Below are positions 28,876 through 44,090 of a stretch of DNA of 64,000 nucleotides, piece by piece. Made by a program: the position numbers and the translations under genes. Origin of the DNA: Eledone cirrhosa (taxonomy: Eukaryota); the NCBI GenBank assembly GCA_964016885.1, contig OZ024743.1, forward strand, positions 329,282,001-329,346,000, read 5' to 3'. Every line of letters starts with the position of its first letter. Positions within the stretch are counted from its first letter, which is position 1. The notes under the pieces are model-generated. The model did not search any database and was not told the origin of the DNA. It saw nothing but the letters and a program-made list of their open reading frames with translations.

Positions 28876-29742
28876 AAGCAGCGTGGTCGAATGCTTAAGA
28901 AGTTTGTTTTGCAATCATTAGTCGGTGGATTTGATCCCACTGCATGACCCATGACCTCTTGGACAAGTGGCATTTACCAATGCCTCAGATCAATCTATTC
29001 CTTGTGAGTAAAATTGTGTTGATGGGAGCTGTTTGGAAGCCTTGTTACACTGTGTTACGTTGAATCTCTCTGAGAAATTCCTTATGGGTACACGTGTCTG
29101 TGGAATGCTTAGTCATTTACACGTTAATTTTGCGTGCAAGCTGTTCTGCAGATCAGCTAAGCGGAACACTCATCGTCGAAACCGATTGAGATCCATCGTA
29201 TATCAGAAAGGGAAAGCTGCATCCATGATATTGCAGTAAGGTCTCCGAGACATGTGGGAATAGAAGATAGAAGTAATACGCGACTCAGAAGGTGTCTTTA
29301 AACTAGGAACCTGGTTCTATTGATGGCTAGGGCAAGAGAAGAGCTTGTGTAGATATTATATCGAGAGACAAATTAAGTTTACCACTCAAGAGAAGATGCA
29401 AGTATTGCTGAATTGGTTAAGAAGTTTGCTAAGCAATCAGGAAGTCCCGTGTTCGATCTTACTACGTGGCATCTTGGTCAAGTTTCATTTTCTATAAACT
29501 CAATCGACACCTTGTGAATAAAATTGGGCAGACGGAAACTATTTGGAAGCCCATCGGATGGACTGTTCCTGTAATTCAAATGTACAGTTTTTCCCACGCT
29601 ACGACACGCTGAATCGCCATGAAAATTCAGTCAAAAGTACACGTGCTTGTGAAATGTTCAGTCACTTATTCATAAATTGTATGGGCAGGCAGGACACGTT
29701 GATTGAATAACTGGAACACTGATTATGGAATCTGACGGAGGT
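28876..29742 (+). mobile_element. Two adjacent old SINE family B-like copies (28876-29192, ~29393-29742)
   Basis: tRNA-like heads (GCGTGGTCGAATGCTTAAG; TTGCTGAATTGGTTAAG...GTTCGATC) and 3' parts (GTACACGTG...GGAATGCT...GGAACACT...GAAACC) similar to 35990-36110. Confidence 0.55.
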
Positions 29743-30599
29743 GAGAGAAGATCAAATGTGGGGATCGTACATCATCACTATTTGTCCAGAATTCCGAATA
29801 TAATTCTTCATGGCTGGCCCAGCAGAACATGAAAGTCTGTTTCAGTGTTAGAAAGTTGTTGTTTTCGTTATTAATTAAACTACTTAAGCCAGGTATCACC
29901 ACCTGTTACTAGGCGAATGACATCGTTGTCGTTATTTCCCTACTTTATCCGAGAACTGCATGTTGCATAGTCAGGGTCACCAACGGATTTGAATTTGATG
30001 TGTTGTTGAATGAATTGGTCAGTTGTTCATTGTAGTATATATCAGCAGGAATTGTAGTAGCAAACCTTGGCTTGATGGGTGAATATGTAAGTTGATCTAT
30101 CCCATATAAAGCGATGTGTGAAATGACGTAGTGAATGAACGATAAACAAGATTCACTACTTTAATAATTTTATTACTGAAATACTTACTTAGAAGTTATT
30201 GTGACAATATAGGAAAAATAAAGATAATGACATTAAAAATGTGTGAATGTTTGTGTGATAGTTTGGTGTAGATGTTTGAAGCAAATATGTTAAAATTTGT
30301 ATGTAACTAACTTTTGTTAATAGAGTTCACTGGCCTAAAGGCGAAGACATCAATGGATAGAAGTAAATCTATAAACAACTACTTCATTCTGCTTTTCGTA
30401 AACTGGAGCGAACTGCCTTGGACAGCCGAGGGCAGACTATTTTATGACAATCTGCAGATAGCATCTAGAAAACTATTCCTCTTGACAATTTGGCGACATT
30501 AGGCCCAAACAAAGGAATTAGATATTTATGAGGCCAAAAGGTGAGCGCGTGTGCTAACTTGAGAACAAAACTTAAAATCAGTCTGATTGCATTCGCAAC

Positions 30600-30990
30600 A
30601 AGTGTTCGGATTGTTGATGTCGAGTGGAAATATGGACGGATAGGGTATACTAACTAGTCCTGGGGGAAATGAGAGTTTGTTGTTCGGATTATTGGTGAAT
30701 AGTGAACTATATGGACGGACAGAGTACACTATCTGGTCCTGAGGACAATGAGGGGTGAATGTTCGGATTGTTGCTGTCTAGCGGACATTGTGGACGTTTG
30801 AAGGCCAATATGGATGGATATATTATTTGGTCCCGGTGATAGTAAGGGTTGAATATTCGGGCTGATGTTGTCTGATGGGCAATATGGACGTGCTCTCTAG
30901 ACGGTCACGAGGACAATAAGATATGAGAACCCAAATTCGGGGTGTTGATGGTCAATATGAATGGATAAACTATTTGGTCAATATGAATTG
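30600..30990. repeat. Diverged ~79-bp tandem repeat, ~5 copies
   Basis: GTTCGGATT recurs at ~30604, 30682 and 30762, each followed by (A/G)TGGACG. Confidence 0.65.
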
Positions 30991-31371
30991 ATAAACTGAT
31001 TATGCGGACTGACAACGTCTGGTGACCAATAAATCCTCTCTTCTTCTTCTTCTTCTTCTTCTTCTTCTTCTTCTTCTTCTTCTTCTTCTTCTTGAGAAGG
31101 TCGTTGGAACAGAGTCCTCAAGCACTCCTTCTAGCGGGTGTTATCAGAAGCAACCGCCTCCAACTGATCCAAGAAATTACCCAATAATAAATTTATTGGC
31201 TCCCCAACCAATGGATAGCGTATTCAAATTCGTTACATTTTACTGCGCATGTTTGTCTTCAGTTAGTGTTTGCGAGTGAGTACAAAAATGACAGTCCATG
31301 GGCGGGTAACTCTGATCACAGAATGTCAAGCAACTGACTTCATTTATTACACTTATTACACATGTGACGTG

Positions 31372-31424
<53 letters not shown>

Positions 31425-31452
31425 AATATATGGCTAGCTGCCATACAAGTAC

Positions 31453-31506
<54 letters not shown>

Positions 31507-32336
31507 GTACTTGTATGGCAGCTAGCTAATGTAATATATTGATATGTTTAACGTGTGTTCTGTAAGAATTTCAAAAATATCATTGAGAATTAAAAAATAA
31601 GAAAATATTAATAATCGCTCTACCTTTTCTCGGCTCTCTGGGCACAAACCGTTCTACCGCTTAAATTAATAATTTCGTCGGAACGTTATGAAGAAAGATT
31701 GTCTTTAAAAAGAAAAAAAGAATCCCAATTTGCTGACTCTATTCCAAAGTGAAGATGTTCCCATCGTAAATCAAGCATCGTATAAGATATTCTGCCGATC
31801 CTTAGAAAACCATTTATTTATTTTTATTGAATTTATTATTAATACTTTTTGTTTTGTTTTGACATTCAAGGAGTTGAGCAATTTTTTAACCCGTTTCCAA
31901 TAAACGCAGTATATTGATATCTGATCAATAATAACTAAATTTAATGAAATATCGAAATAAAATAAAATAAAAAGATAAACAAGGTGAAGAAAAGTGATTT
32001 TTCAAGTTTTTTTCCGTTATTGCTTTAACGTGTAAGGAGCTGTTCCTCTCACTCTGACAATAATAATGTGTAAAAATATTGCAGGAGGTTATTTATAAAA
32101 AAATATAAGGAAATCTTAGAAAATCCAAGATTTATTTGATGTAGGTATAATGCAAACAAGATGAAAAAATATTTTGTTATTCTCTTCGTAGTAAGAAAAA
32201 CAACTAGGAGATTGTTATTTATATATTTTAGAGATAGTTAATCATCTGGAGACAAGCACCCTAATCATTCTGTTTACTTAGATAACTTATAATCAAATGC
32301 TATTTACATGAAACACAAATCAGAACTTAACTGAAA

Positions 32337-32520
32337 CAGGTGGATCATAACGCACCAGAGTACTCGATACTTTGGGTAGTAGAGTGGGTAATATGAAAAT
32401 AGTCAGGACCCCGACGGCAGAGCTCAAACCGTTTCGACGGCTATTTCTGGACTATTTGTGTCCAGAAATAGCCGTCGAAACGGCTTGAGCTTTGCCGTCG
32501 GAGTCCTGACTCTTTTCATA
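32337..32520 (-). mobile_element. Fold-back hammerhead-half element (10342 family) flanked by a ~130-bp direct duplication
   Basis: GACGGCTATTTCTGGAC-TATTTGT-GTCCAGAAATAGCCGTC-GAAAC; flanks 32208-32339 and 32539-32674 are diverged direct repeats. Confidence 0.8.
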
Positions 32521-34244
32521 TATATATATACATGAAAAGAGATCGTTGTTTATATATTTTAGAGATAGTTAGTTAATCATCTGGAGACAAGCACCCTAAT
32601 CATTCTGTTTACGTAGAGAACGTATAATCAAACGCTATTTACATGAAACACAAATCAGAACTTAAGTGAAACAGACAGTTAAATGCATATAATATACATT
32701 CGCCGGTGAATATCAAATATTTCTGCTCAACACAGTATATACTCAAACATTCAAGAGAAATTTAATGTAGATATGATTACAATTTATAAGCCTCGCTGTG
32801 AGAACGTAAACAAACACGAAACACATTCTGTTATTCTTTATGTACTCAGAAAAAAACATACGAGATTATCTCTACGTTTCATGGCTATTTGGTCGATTAT
32901 CAGAAAAAAAGAAACCCTAACCATCCATTTAGGAAGAGAATATATTATTAAACACTGTTTAGAACTCAACTGAAATGGATAGTTTGTTTTCCATATGCAT
33001 AATGTGCATTCACCAGCAACGTAATTAATTCATAAATATTTATTCACGGAAAGGAGCATATTAGATAATCTAAGAAAACGTTAATAAATGTAAAAAATAT
33101 ATTCTGGAAACACGTTTACAGTAAAAGGTATTATAGATCCCGAAAACCGGGAGAAGTAGCAGCTCTACTTGAAGCGACTCTCTGATCTCTAAACTACGCA
33201 CTCTATTGAGTAAACCATTCTACTCTTTGGAGTAGATAGTAACTACAGTTTTATTTATAACTTTGCTGTGGAAAAGAAACATATATAAATACATTTTTGT
33301 TATTCTTTTCGTACAGAGAAGAAAATAAAACAAAAAACATACGAGATTGACTTTTCATGTTTCACTGATTGTTGACAGTTCATCAGAAGACATACACACT
33401 TGCACTTCCGTCCATAAAGGAAACCAATATCATATCACGATTTATATGAAACTGAAACCAGGACGTAACTGAAATGGCTAGTCTAATTTGCATAACGTTC
33501 ATTCAGTTGGCAGCGTGATTAATTACATCATTAAATAGAGTTATAAATAATACACAATGTCACCCAACAACAACAACAACAACAACAACACCACCAACAA
33601 TAACTATGATAATAATAAACTTCTTTCTAAGTGTTTTGCCATCGTTATCAAGCGTGACAAGCAGCTTAGCTGACAATGAGAGATATTAATAAAGGCAGCG
33701 ATTTCAAGGATGTTTACTCATCCAATGGTATGACCAAAGTCATGGTTGTTTGCTAAAGAATAATCACGTTCTCTTTCTACATATATCTTCACACCCCAGA
33801 CCGTAGTTTCTCTAGTGGTTATTTTTTGTGCTGACTTTACAAAACAGAGCGTGAAACCACCTTTCTAGCCACAGCCGATAACCTTTTCTATACAACTCTA
33901 TACTGCCTTGTTATTGTTCCACAAACTGGCCTCTTCTCTCTTATAATTAACTGGTTTTTTTTTGCTCTGTCATTCTGTCGCTTTTAGAAATGTTATCCGT
34001 GATTTTTGTTGTTGTTTAAAATATCCGAAATCTGGCATTTTCTGCCATTTTCTCTTATATTCTTCATTTTATAGTTTTCTACAGATTCAAACAGAGATTA
34101 ATATTTTAAAAAAATACAAAGTTATCTCCTCTCGATGTTGCCGTTGAAGAGTTCCTATCACTAGCAGCTTGTCATTTTCATTCTTTCTATTTTAATTACA
34201 TTAGTAAAAACATAGAAATGAATAAACAAACAAATAACATTATA

Positions 34245-35260
34245 ACACCACCGCCGCCACCGCCACCACCTCCAACAACACCATCATCACCAACATTAGC
34301 TACACCAGCTCCAACACCACCAACAACAACAGCACTAACCACATCAGCTCCAACACCATTACCACCACCACCACCACCACCACCACCACCAACAGCACTA
34401 ACCATATCAGCTCCAACAACACCATCATCCCCAACATTAACTACACCACCACCACCACCACCACCACCACCAACAGCACTAACCATATCAGCTCCAACAC
34501 CACCATCATCCCCAACATTAACTACACCACCACCACCACCACCAACAGCACTAACCATATCAGCTCCAACAACACCATCATCCCCAACATTAACTACACC
34601 ACCACCACCACCAACAGTACTAACCATATCAGCTCCAACACCACCATCATCACCAACATTAGCTACACCACCAACACCACCACCACCACCACCGCCACCA
34701 ACAGCACTAACCATATCAGCTCCAACAACACCATCATCACCAACATTAGCTACACCACCACCACCACCAACAGCACTAACCATATCAGCTCCAACACCAC
34801 CATCATCACCAACATTAACTACACCACCACCACCATCATCACCAACATTAACTACACCACCACCACCACCACCAACAGCACTAACCATATCAGCTCCAAC
34901 AACACCATCATCACCAACATTAACTACACCACCACCACCATCATCACCAACATTAACTACACCACCACCACCACCACCAACAGCACTAACCATATCAGCT
35001 CCAACACCACCATCATCACCAACATTAACTACACCACCACCACCATCATCACCAACATTAACTACACCACCACCACCACCACCAACAGCACTAACCATAT
35101 CAGCTCCAACACCACCATCATCACCAACATTAACTACACCACCACCACCATCATCACCAACATTAACTACACCACCACCACCACCACCAACAGCACTAAC
35201 CATATCAGCTCCAACAACACCATCATCACCAACATTAGCTACACCACCACCACCAAAAAC
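34245..35260. repeat. CCA-rich minisatellite (~63-100-bp variable units)
   Basis: Repeating CAGCACTAACCATATCAGCTCCAACACCACCATCATCACCAACATTAACTACACC. Confidence 0.9.
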
Positions 35261-35602
35261 AACAACATCAATAGTAGTAAGGCCTCAACAACTAAGAAGT
35301 ATATAAAAAACAATATAATAATAGAAAAACCAAACTATCGAAATTACTACAGTATGTCCCCCCTCATGTGTACATGTTGCAGAGTTATATCTTTATGGCA
35401 GACCTCTAAAGATGTTACTCCAACATTGATTATTAAAATATTCTTGATATCGAAAATTTAACTTTGCGAAATTTTATTGCTTCAACTTTGGGAGCTTTTT
35501 AATTAAATCCTGAATTTAATAGGACATTGATTCAGAAGAACTAAAATCTGGGCGGAGAAAAATAATGCTTCAAGATTGTCCTTCCTACCTGAGGCAAGTG
35601 AA

Positions 35603-36116
35603 TGACACGTGGCTTAGTGGTTAGGGTGTTCGGCTTACAATCGTAAGGTCATTTATTCAATGCCCAGCAGTGCGTTATGTCTTTGAGCAAAACACTAAAA
35701 CACTACAAGGGTGTGCTGAAAAGTTCCTGGCTTCGGATGAAAGACAATACAGGAGGATCAGTTAATTATGATTTTATTCAACATATTCCTCTCTCAGTTT
35801 CACACGTTTATTGCAGCGGTCCTTCAGTTTTGCTAGGCCTCTGTAGCAGTGATCAAGCAAGGAACTTTTCAGCTCCCCTCTCGTATATTTCACGTTGATC
35901 CAGTCCAGTTCACTCAGCTGGCAAAACTGATTTGCATATGTAATTTATAAAAGCAAGCCAGCTTTGTCACACACAGGTCACACTGATTCTCCCTGAGAGC
36001 CACGGCAAGGGTGCAGATGTCTGTGGAATGCCCACCACTTATGAATTAATTTCAGGAACATGCTGTACAATTGATCGAACAACTGGAACAAGCATCATCG
36101 AAACCAACGGAGATCT
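35603..36116 (+). mobile_element. SINE family B interrupted by a MITE
   Basis: GTGGCTTAGTGGTTAGGG...GTCTTTGAGCAAAACACT resumes as TATTTCACGTTG...TTCACTCAGCTGG after 35885. Confidence 0.7.
35704..35885. mobile_element. Tc1/mariner-derived MITE
   Basis: TIRs TACAAGGGTGTGCTGAAAAGTTCCTGGCTT / AAGCAAGGAACTTTTCAGCTCCCCTCTCGTA with TA at both ends. Confidence 0.75.
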
Positions 36117-36477
36117 ATCCCCCCCCCCACAAAAAACAACAACAACAACAAAACAATAATAATGAATAAATAAATAAAAATAAAAATAAAATAAAAAAAG
36201 AGGCAGGTGATACAATCGAAAATGTGCCTGACACAGATGACAAATTGTCAAATGACGAAACGTAAAATTGACTTTATTGGGACTCGAACTTGGAGTCCAG
36301 AGCACCAAAACAAACGCAAACCGACGCAACCCATTCGTCGCCACACAACAACTAAGTCAACTGAACCTATCGAATTATTATATAAAGCAAAGAGTCATTC
36401 ATAATTATGTTTTTTTAAATTAACATAATCATTCTAATTTTTGAAAAATGACAAATATGTTGTCGTATATGACTAGT

Positions 36478-36797
36478 TCTCTTCTTCTTCTTCTTCTTCT
36501 TCTTCTTCTTCGTCGTAGGGGCAGAGCCCTTAAACAGAGGGTCCTGTCAGAAGCAACCGTCTCCAACAGATCCGGCTGGATCCCCAAGTGAGACCAGCCA
36601 AGCTCATGGATGTTATCCAACCATCTTGCTCGGGGTCTACCCCTGGGTCTTCTGTCGGTTGGTTTTTCCCGTAAAATCTGTCCAGCGATTCCTCCCTGAG
36701 ACATTCTAACCACATGCCCATAGTATCGGAGAAGTAGCAGCTCTTTGATCTCCGAGATACGGACTCTATCGAGTAACGTTAGTCCAAAGCCCCTTAG
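36478..36797 (-). mobile_element. 3' end of an RTE-like LINE with (AAG)n tail
   Basis: YGHVVRMSQGGIAGQILREKPTDRRPRGRPRARWLDNI...VASDR is the typical RTE C-terminal RPRGRP..RW.D motif. Related fragments at ~31040-31165 and ~33150-33212. Confidence 0.8.
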
Positions 36798-37039
36798 TAC
36801 ATTACTACCACTAAATTATTAATCGAGCCCAGCCGGATGAAAGGGACGATCAATATATATGTCTGAAAGGAGGAAGACTGTAAAGGGTATATTTAGTCTA
36901 ATCCGACACAGTAGTGTTTCTGTCACCAACAACCAACTGGAACCAGTTGAACGGATATAATACATCAACTTATGACTTACGTTTTATTAGAACTTCACAT
37001 ATTTTAAATTCCAAGTAAACACACACACAAAATTGCGTT

Positions 37040-37089
<50 letters not shown>

Positions 37090-37132
37090 ATAAGAAACGG
37101 AGAATCAGTGATGCGACGAATTAAAATGTATT

Positions 37133-37229
37133 AGACATATTACAATCGTTTCTCTGGCGACCAGCTCGAGGCACGATCGATTCGATGATCGAACCTGACT
37201 CTGATATCGTAAGATCCTCAGATACGTCT
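37133..37229 (-). ncRNA. Type I hammerhead ribozyme, 62-nt stem II
   Basis: AGACGTAT-CTGAGGA-TCT...AGA-GAAAC-GATT-GTA|ATATGTCT; 8-bp stem I with one G-U pair. Confidence 0.8.
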
Positions 37230-37313
37230 CAATCTTTCGAAGCAGAGTTTCCAAATGTCCAATTAATCGCCAGCTTGTATCCTGTTCTTCAATTATATGA
37301 ATATATATATTTC

Positions 37314-37397
<84 letters not shown>

Positions 37398-38202
37398 GAT
37401 GGCTTCCTCCTCATTATCGAGTATGGCCATTGCACAATATACCATTTTTAATAATTATTAATTAATTCTATCGTGCAAGAAGATATTTTTTAAAGTGAGG
37501 AAAGACTGTGCACTGAGCCAATCCCACTCTCTGAGCGACAGTAGCTATAACCCGAAAAGAAGAAAAGATCAACATCATCGGTAACTACTGAGCCGCAGGT
37601 TTTATATCGGAGTTATCCCAGTTTCCTGAGTTGCCTTCTCCTAGAAGAATGCCCTGACAAAGGCTAGGGGCCCTTCACTCCCAGTGGTTTAACCGCGCGG
37701 TACATGTGTATATACATATTTACTCACTTTCGGATGGCCGTTGACTCTTATGTTTTCTTCCGTTCTTTGTCAGGTTTTATTTTTTGTCCTGCAGGGTATC
37801 CAAAATCACCCTCCTTACCAAGTAAACTTGGTGGGGTAGCCGGTTTAGTCGCCGACGACCCGACCATGCGACATGCATACATACAGTTAACTGAGCTGTA
37901 GAAATGAGTTGTGACGTCACTGGTACCAAGCTGTATCTCGGTCATTGCCTTTCTCTCCCTTGGACAACACGAGTGTCATGGAGAGGGGAGCTGATATGCA
38001 AGGCCGACTGGTAGTCTACTACAAACAACCTTGCCAGGACTTTTGCCTCGGAGGGGAACTTTCTAGATGCAAATCGCATGGTCATTTGTGACCGAAGGGT
38101 ATCATTACCCTTACCTTATACATACATGCACACTATATATGATATATTGTATATAATTTATATATAAATATATATATATATACCTACATACATATACATA
38201 TA

Positions 38203-38270
<68 letters not shown>

Positions 38271-38278
38271 AATATATT

Positions 38279-38354
<76 letters not shown>

Positions 38355-38406
38355 TGATATATTGTATATAATTTATATATAAATATATATATATATACAT
38401 ACATAC

Positions 38407-38639
<233 letters not shown>

Positions 38640-38824
38640 GATAAATCTACCAAGAGTTTACGGTAGTGTCCAATCCGTATGAAGAACTCAATGTATTCCG
38701 GATATCATGGAAAGAAGAGATGTAATGAAAATCCACTTTCGGTGAAAGATAAACGGTATACAGAGTCAAGATAAAATATTAAACAAATAATGAACAAACA
38801 ATTCCTTATATTAAACAAAAAAAG

Positions 38825-38979
38825 TTCACTATTTAACGATCGTTTCTAGGGTATATATGTGTTATAATTGGTATGCATATTCAACAGATCTATGTACAAA
38901 ATTATACAAAATTATACAAATTATCAAGATTAAATATACATACCTAACACATATATACGCCGTCTTCAGAAATAATGAA
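38825..38979 (-). ncRNA. Hammerhead of the PLE 3' region (left-arm copy)
   Basis: Reverse complement of 49875-50029. Confidence 0.75.
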
Positions 38980-39800
38980 GTATATTTATTGATAATAACA
39001 ACAATTCAAAATATCAGTTCAAAATTGACCAATGAAAACACAAAGGGTTAAAAGCAGTTCGGTGTGTGTATATACATGTAAAATCCTTACACATATTTTA
39101 CAATAATGTGTGTATAATTTGTATGCGCATACTAAAAAGATGGATGCAAACACAAAATTTCAAGGTTAATATCTCTGTAAGCTCAATGCGCTGATAAGAT
39201 GCGCATTGATACTTATGGAGTCAAGCATATAAATATATTTTTTCATACTCACACATATCAGTATAATCACACATACATGCGCGTATATGCATAAATATAC
39301 ACATAACCACGAACATACAAACACACACACTCCCCCACTCACATTTATATATGTGGATATAAAATCATAAGCACATAGAAATTAAGTCACTCACATAAAA
39401 CACTGGCACACACATTTCAAGATCAAGATACAGAAATTAGGTGGGAGGGGGGGGAAGGGGTCAGTATTCAATTGTCTGAGCAGACTGCCTAATATAAATG
39501 TATCTATAAATTAAGAAAAATAAAAAAATAAAAACAATAAAATATAATAAATATAAATAATGTACATACACATACAGATATATATACACATACATACATG
39601 TACGCGCACATAGAGATATTTACGCATACACACATACACACATACATATACAGTCATACACACACATACACTTACACGAACATACACATACACATATAAA
39701 AAGATATATATATACACACACACCCGCGCAACACGTACACACATACACATATATATAAAAAATAGATAATAAAGATATATATCCATATATATATATATAT

Positions 39801-39857
<57 letters not shown>

Positions 39858-39946
39858 TATACATATACATACACATACATCTAAATATACATACACATAC
39901 ATACACACATACATGTACATACATGTACATACATATACGCACATCG

Positions 39947-39997
<51 letters not shown>

Positions 39998-40332
39998 TAG
40001 ACATAAAGATACATACACACACAACTTACATACACACGTATATATATATACATATAGATGTACCTTCATACATAGAATTAGATATATAATCATACATACA
40101 TATGCACCTACTTATACTCATATAAATAAATACATACGCTTCCATATATGAGTATATACATAAAAAACAATACCACCTCACCAAACTCAGACATACAAAT
40201 GAAAATAATAATAAAAAAACGCATATGTATATACATACACACACGCATTAATAGAGATATATATATATACACACATACATACACATATACATATATACAT
40301 ACACACACATATATATACACACATACATATAC

Positions 40333-40363
<31 letters not shown>

Positions 40364-40713
40364 CACACACACATAGACTCATATATATATATATATATAT
40401 ACATACATATATATAAACATATATATATCCACACACTCATACCACCATAAATACACATACAAACACCCACATGTATATATATATATATATATCTATATAC
40501 ACACACGTATACAAATATATACATATATACATATATACATATATATACACACACATAAAAAACAGACATGCACATATATATATATATATATATATTTCAT
40601 TACTCTTATATATACACATATTATATATACATACACAACCTCACTTATACACATATACTCATAAGTTATATTACAATAATAATAAAGAATAATATACATA
40701 TATATATATATAC

Positions 40714-40745
<32 letters not shown>

Positions 40746-40860
40746 ATACATACATACACATACATACATACACATAAACATATACATACATAAATACACA
40801 CATACGAATAAAGACATATATTCACACATAGACACCTATATATATATATATATATATATC

Positions 40861-40898
<38 letters not shown>

Positions 40899-42625
40899 CA
40901 CATACACACACACACACATACACAGACACACATACACACTCACATATATATATATATATATGTGTATGTGAGTGTGCGCACACACACATATATACACACA
41001 CACATATAAACACACACAAACACATACATATGCATACGTGCACACACACACACATATATCACATAGATACGAAGATAAACATATAAATAGAGAGACATAC
41101 ATATATATACACAACACATATACACATACATACATACACGCATATACATATACATACATATATACACATATATATATTCCTATATATACAAGCATACACA
41201 TACATACACATATATACACATACATACACATATACATACAACACATTCACATACACATACATATATAATACATATATATACATATATATACACACATATG
41301 TATGTACAATCATATATACACACACAATCTTACATTCATAATTGCATGCTCATATATGTATTTTTATATTTAGATATAAATACCCAAACCTATATAGACA
41401 CCTACCTACATATATATTCATACATAGACGCTTACAAATACAGATGATAATAGTATGGGGGAAAGGGGGGGTTTGGAGAAGGGGATCAAAGTAAATATAT
41501 GTTTCAAGAAACATATAATATTTTCCGTATCTTAATTCAATGTATGTTCTTACATATTTTCAGTGCTAGGAAATATGAAATCTATGCATCTCAAAATAAA
41601 TAAGTATACCATTAATCTTATGTTAACTAAACCAAAGATAGTCAACATATTGATTTCTAAGGTGTAAATTAGTTAGGTTTATAATATTTGAAGCAGAATT
41701 TTGAAGTCAAACAGTAGTAGATTATTAATTACATTATAACTAAATTAAAGTTAATAACGTTATGGTATCAATATTAGGAGATGAATTTAGTAATAGGGAA
41801 AAGAAACCCAAATAAAAATAAAATAAAGTATTACATCGGTAGTAGCATATAAATTATATGTTAACTAAATTAAAAATTATATATTTATTTCAATAGTATA
41901 CGTTAATTAGTATATGTTAATTAGGTATACAATACATAAAGCAGATATTGTATTTCATCAATAGCATAATATAATTATATGCAAATAAAAATCAAAATTA
42001 ATACGCATACATATACATATACATACACATACACATATACATACATATACACACACATATATATATATATACATATATATACACATATATACATATATAC
42101 ACACATAAACATACATACAGATACACATACACAACACACACATATACATATACATATACATATACATATCTTTTTCAAAAAATTGCACAGAATATATTAA
42201 CTAGGTATATATCCAAAACACATCCCATTCTATGATTACATGACATTCTGCAATTCGTCTGTATAAGGATACTAATTTTAAGCAAATTAAAATTAAAGTT
42301 TTAGGTTGATTAAAACCAAAACCAAATAATAAATATATTTCCAAAATGTATATTAATTAGGTCTATAATACTAAAAATTCTTTCTCCGTCATTGGATACA
42401 TGATATTATTTTGTTATATTTTATCTGTAAAAGAATTATAATAAAAGGTTTAAATAAATTAAAATTAATCTATAAATTAAATTACTAAGTATATATTAGT
42501 AATATTTAAAGGTTTTTCACAATTTATGATTACATAATATTTTCTCATCTGTAATAAAATATTAATTAAATTAAATTTATAGGTTAACTAACATTTAAAT
42601 TAAATTAATTTCTAGAATAATGTTA

Positions 42626-44090
42626 TTAATTAGGTTTATAATATTTAAATGTTTTTTTTAGTTTATGATTACACGATATAATTAATTCCTGTCGTTTATT
42701 TAATAAGATATCCTTAGACCCCATTATTTCAAATAGTTCTTGGGAACATAATCTACATTCCTTTCTATTATTTTGATAAGGGGTGGCTCTTTTGAGCACA
42801 CTCCAGGTCAAATCATATTTTATATTCTTATTTTTATAACTATTGATTTTTTCTGCTAGAGATGTTGTATTAGCCAGTGCGGCATTTTTAAAACTATGTT
42901 TGTGGGTATTAAACCTTGTCTTAAAATTGTTAGAGGTAGCTCCTATATATGAGCAAATAGAATCTTTAGTTTTAACATTACATTTATAGACTATGTTGTT
43001 AACAAGACAATTCCCTTTTAATGGGCAGTTTGTCTTGTTTCTACAGTTACATCCTTTCGTTAATTCTGTATTTGAGGAGATATTATTGTTAATTTGATGT
43101 ACTGGTGGTATACTTATGGTTTTCTTACATTTATATGCATTATATGCACTTATATTTTGTTTTATGTTATTTGTTGTAGAGTATGAGAATTTAACTGTAG
43201 ACCTATTTAAGATTTGATGGTATTTGTGGTTTGGCGGGAAGTTTTTCTCAAGGATATAAAAAAATTTTTTAGCAATATTATCCTTAACTTGTAAATTAAA
43301 AGGAGCATTATACCAAGTAACTCGTCTATTACGGTTTCTATGTTGTTTATTATTTTTATTATTTTTATAGGTTGTATCATGATTTTTACTAGGAGGATTA
43401 ATGTTAATGATCTCACCACAACTATTTTTAGTTATATTTGTAGATTTAGGTGTTTTATCTTTTTTATTAGGAGTTTTATTATTAATATTTATTATAGTTG
43501 TATGATGAGTAGTTTTTTGAGGGTTACTATACTTTATATTAGAAGATTTAGTATTTTGGGGTATATTGTGGGTGGCATTTAGGTGTGTACTTTTCATTTG
43601 GTGTTTGTTGGTAATATTATGCTGTATGCTTTCAGTATTTTTAGTAGAAGGTATATACTCTAATCTATTTTTGTGGCCACTTCTATCTAGAGCTTCATTA
43701 TAAAAGGTCGCATTTTTATCAAATACATCTTGGTTAGAAGAAAGGTTAGAAATTCTAAGTGATATATTATATGCAAGGTTTTTAAGGATAGATTTAGGGT
43801 GATTAGATTGTGAGTGTATGTAATGTAAGTTTTGGTTAGGTTTATGGTAAGGTTGGTATATACCCGTAGCTAAATCTAAAGTTATATCTAGGAAATTTAC
43901 TACTTTACTTGTTTTTTCAAAAGTAATATTAAGATTATAATAGTCTTTAAGGAAAGTTCTAATATGTTTTTTGTTTTTTTCGATTTCTGAAAGGCTAAGG
44001 TTGTTAGAAAGAAGAAGACAGTCATCACGATATAAACCACCTTTGAGGTGGGGAAAAGAGGCATTTATGTTGAAAAGGAGAAAGAGGCCC
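42626..44090 (-). pseudogene. Inverted, further 5'-truncated copy of the PLE ORF (YRDD motif to GIY-YIG end)
   Basis: Reverse complement of 44758-46222; two amino-acid differences seen (P/S; RATPY vs RATLY); in-frame TAG at the junction. Confidence 0.9.

Noticed and set aside
34196-35306. Pro-rich (+) and Gly/Val-rich (-) ORFs resembling extensin or glycine-rich proteins
   Set aside because: Both come from a CCA-based minisatellite with unit lengths divisible by three; no signal peptide or non-repetitive domain.
44048-44090. GTG start and first 14 aa of the 724-aa ORF
   Set aside because: This is the antisense inverted arm (mirror of 44758-44800), not the native N-terminus.
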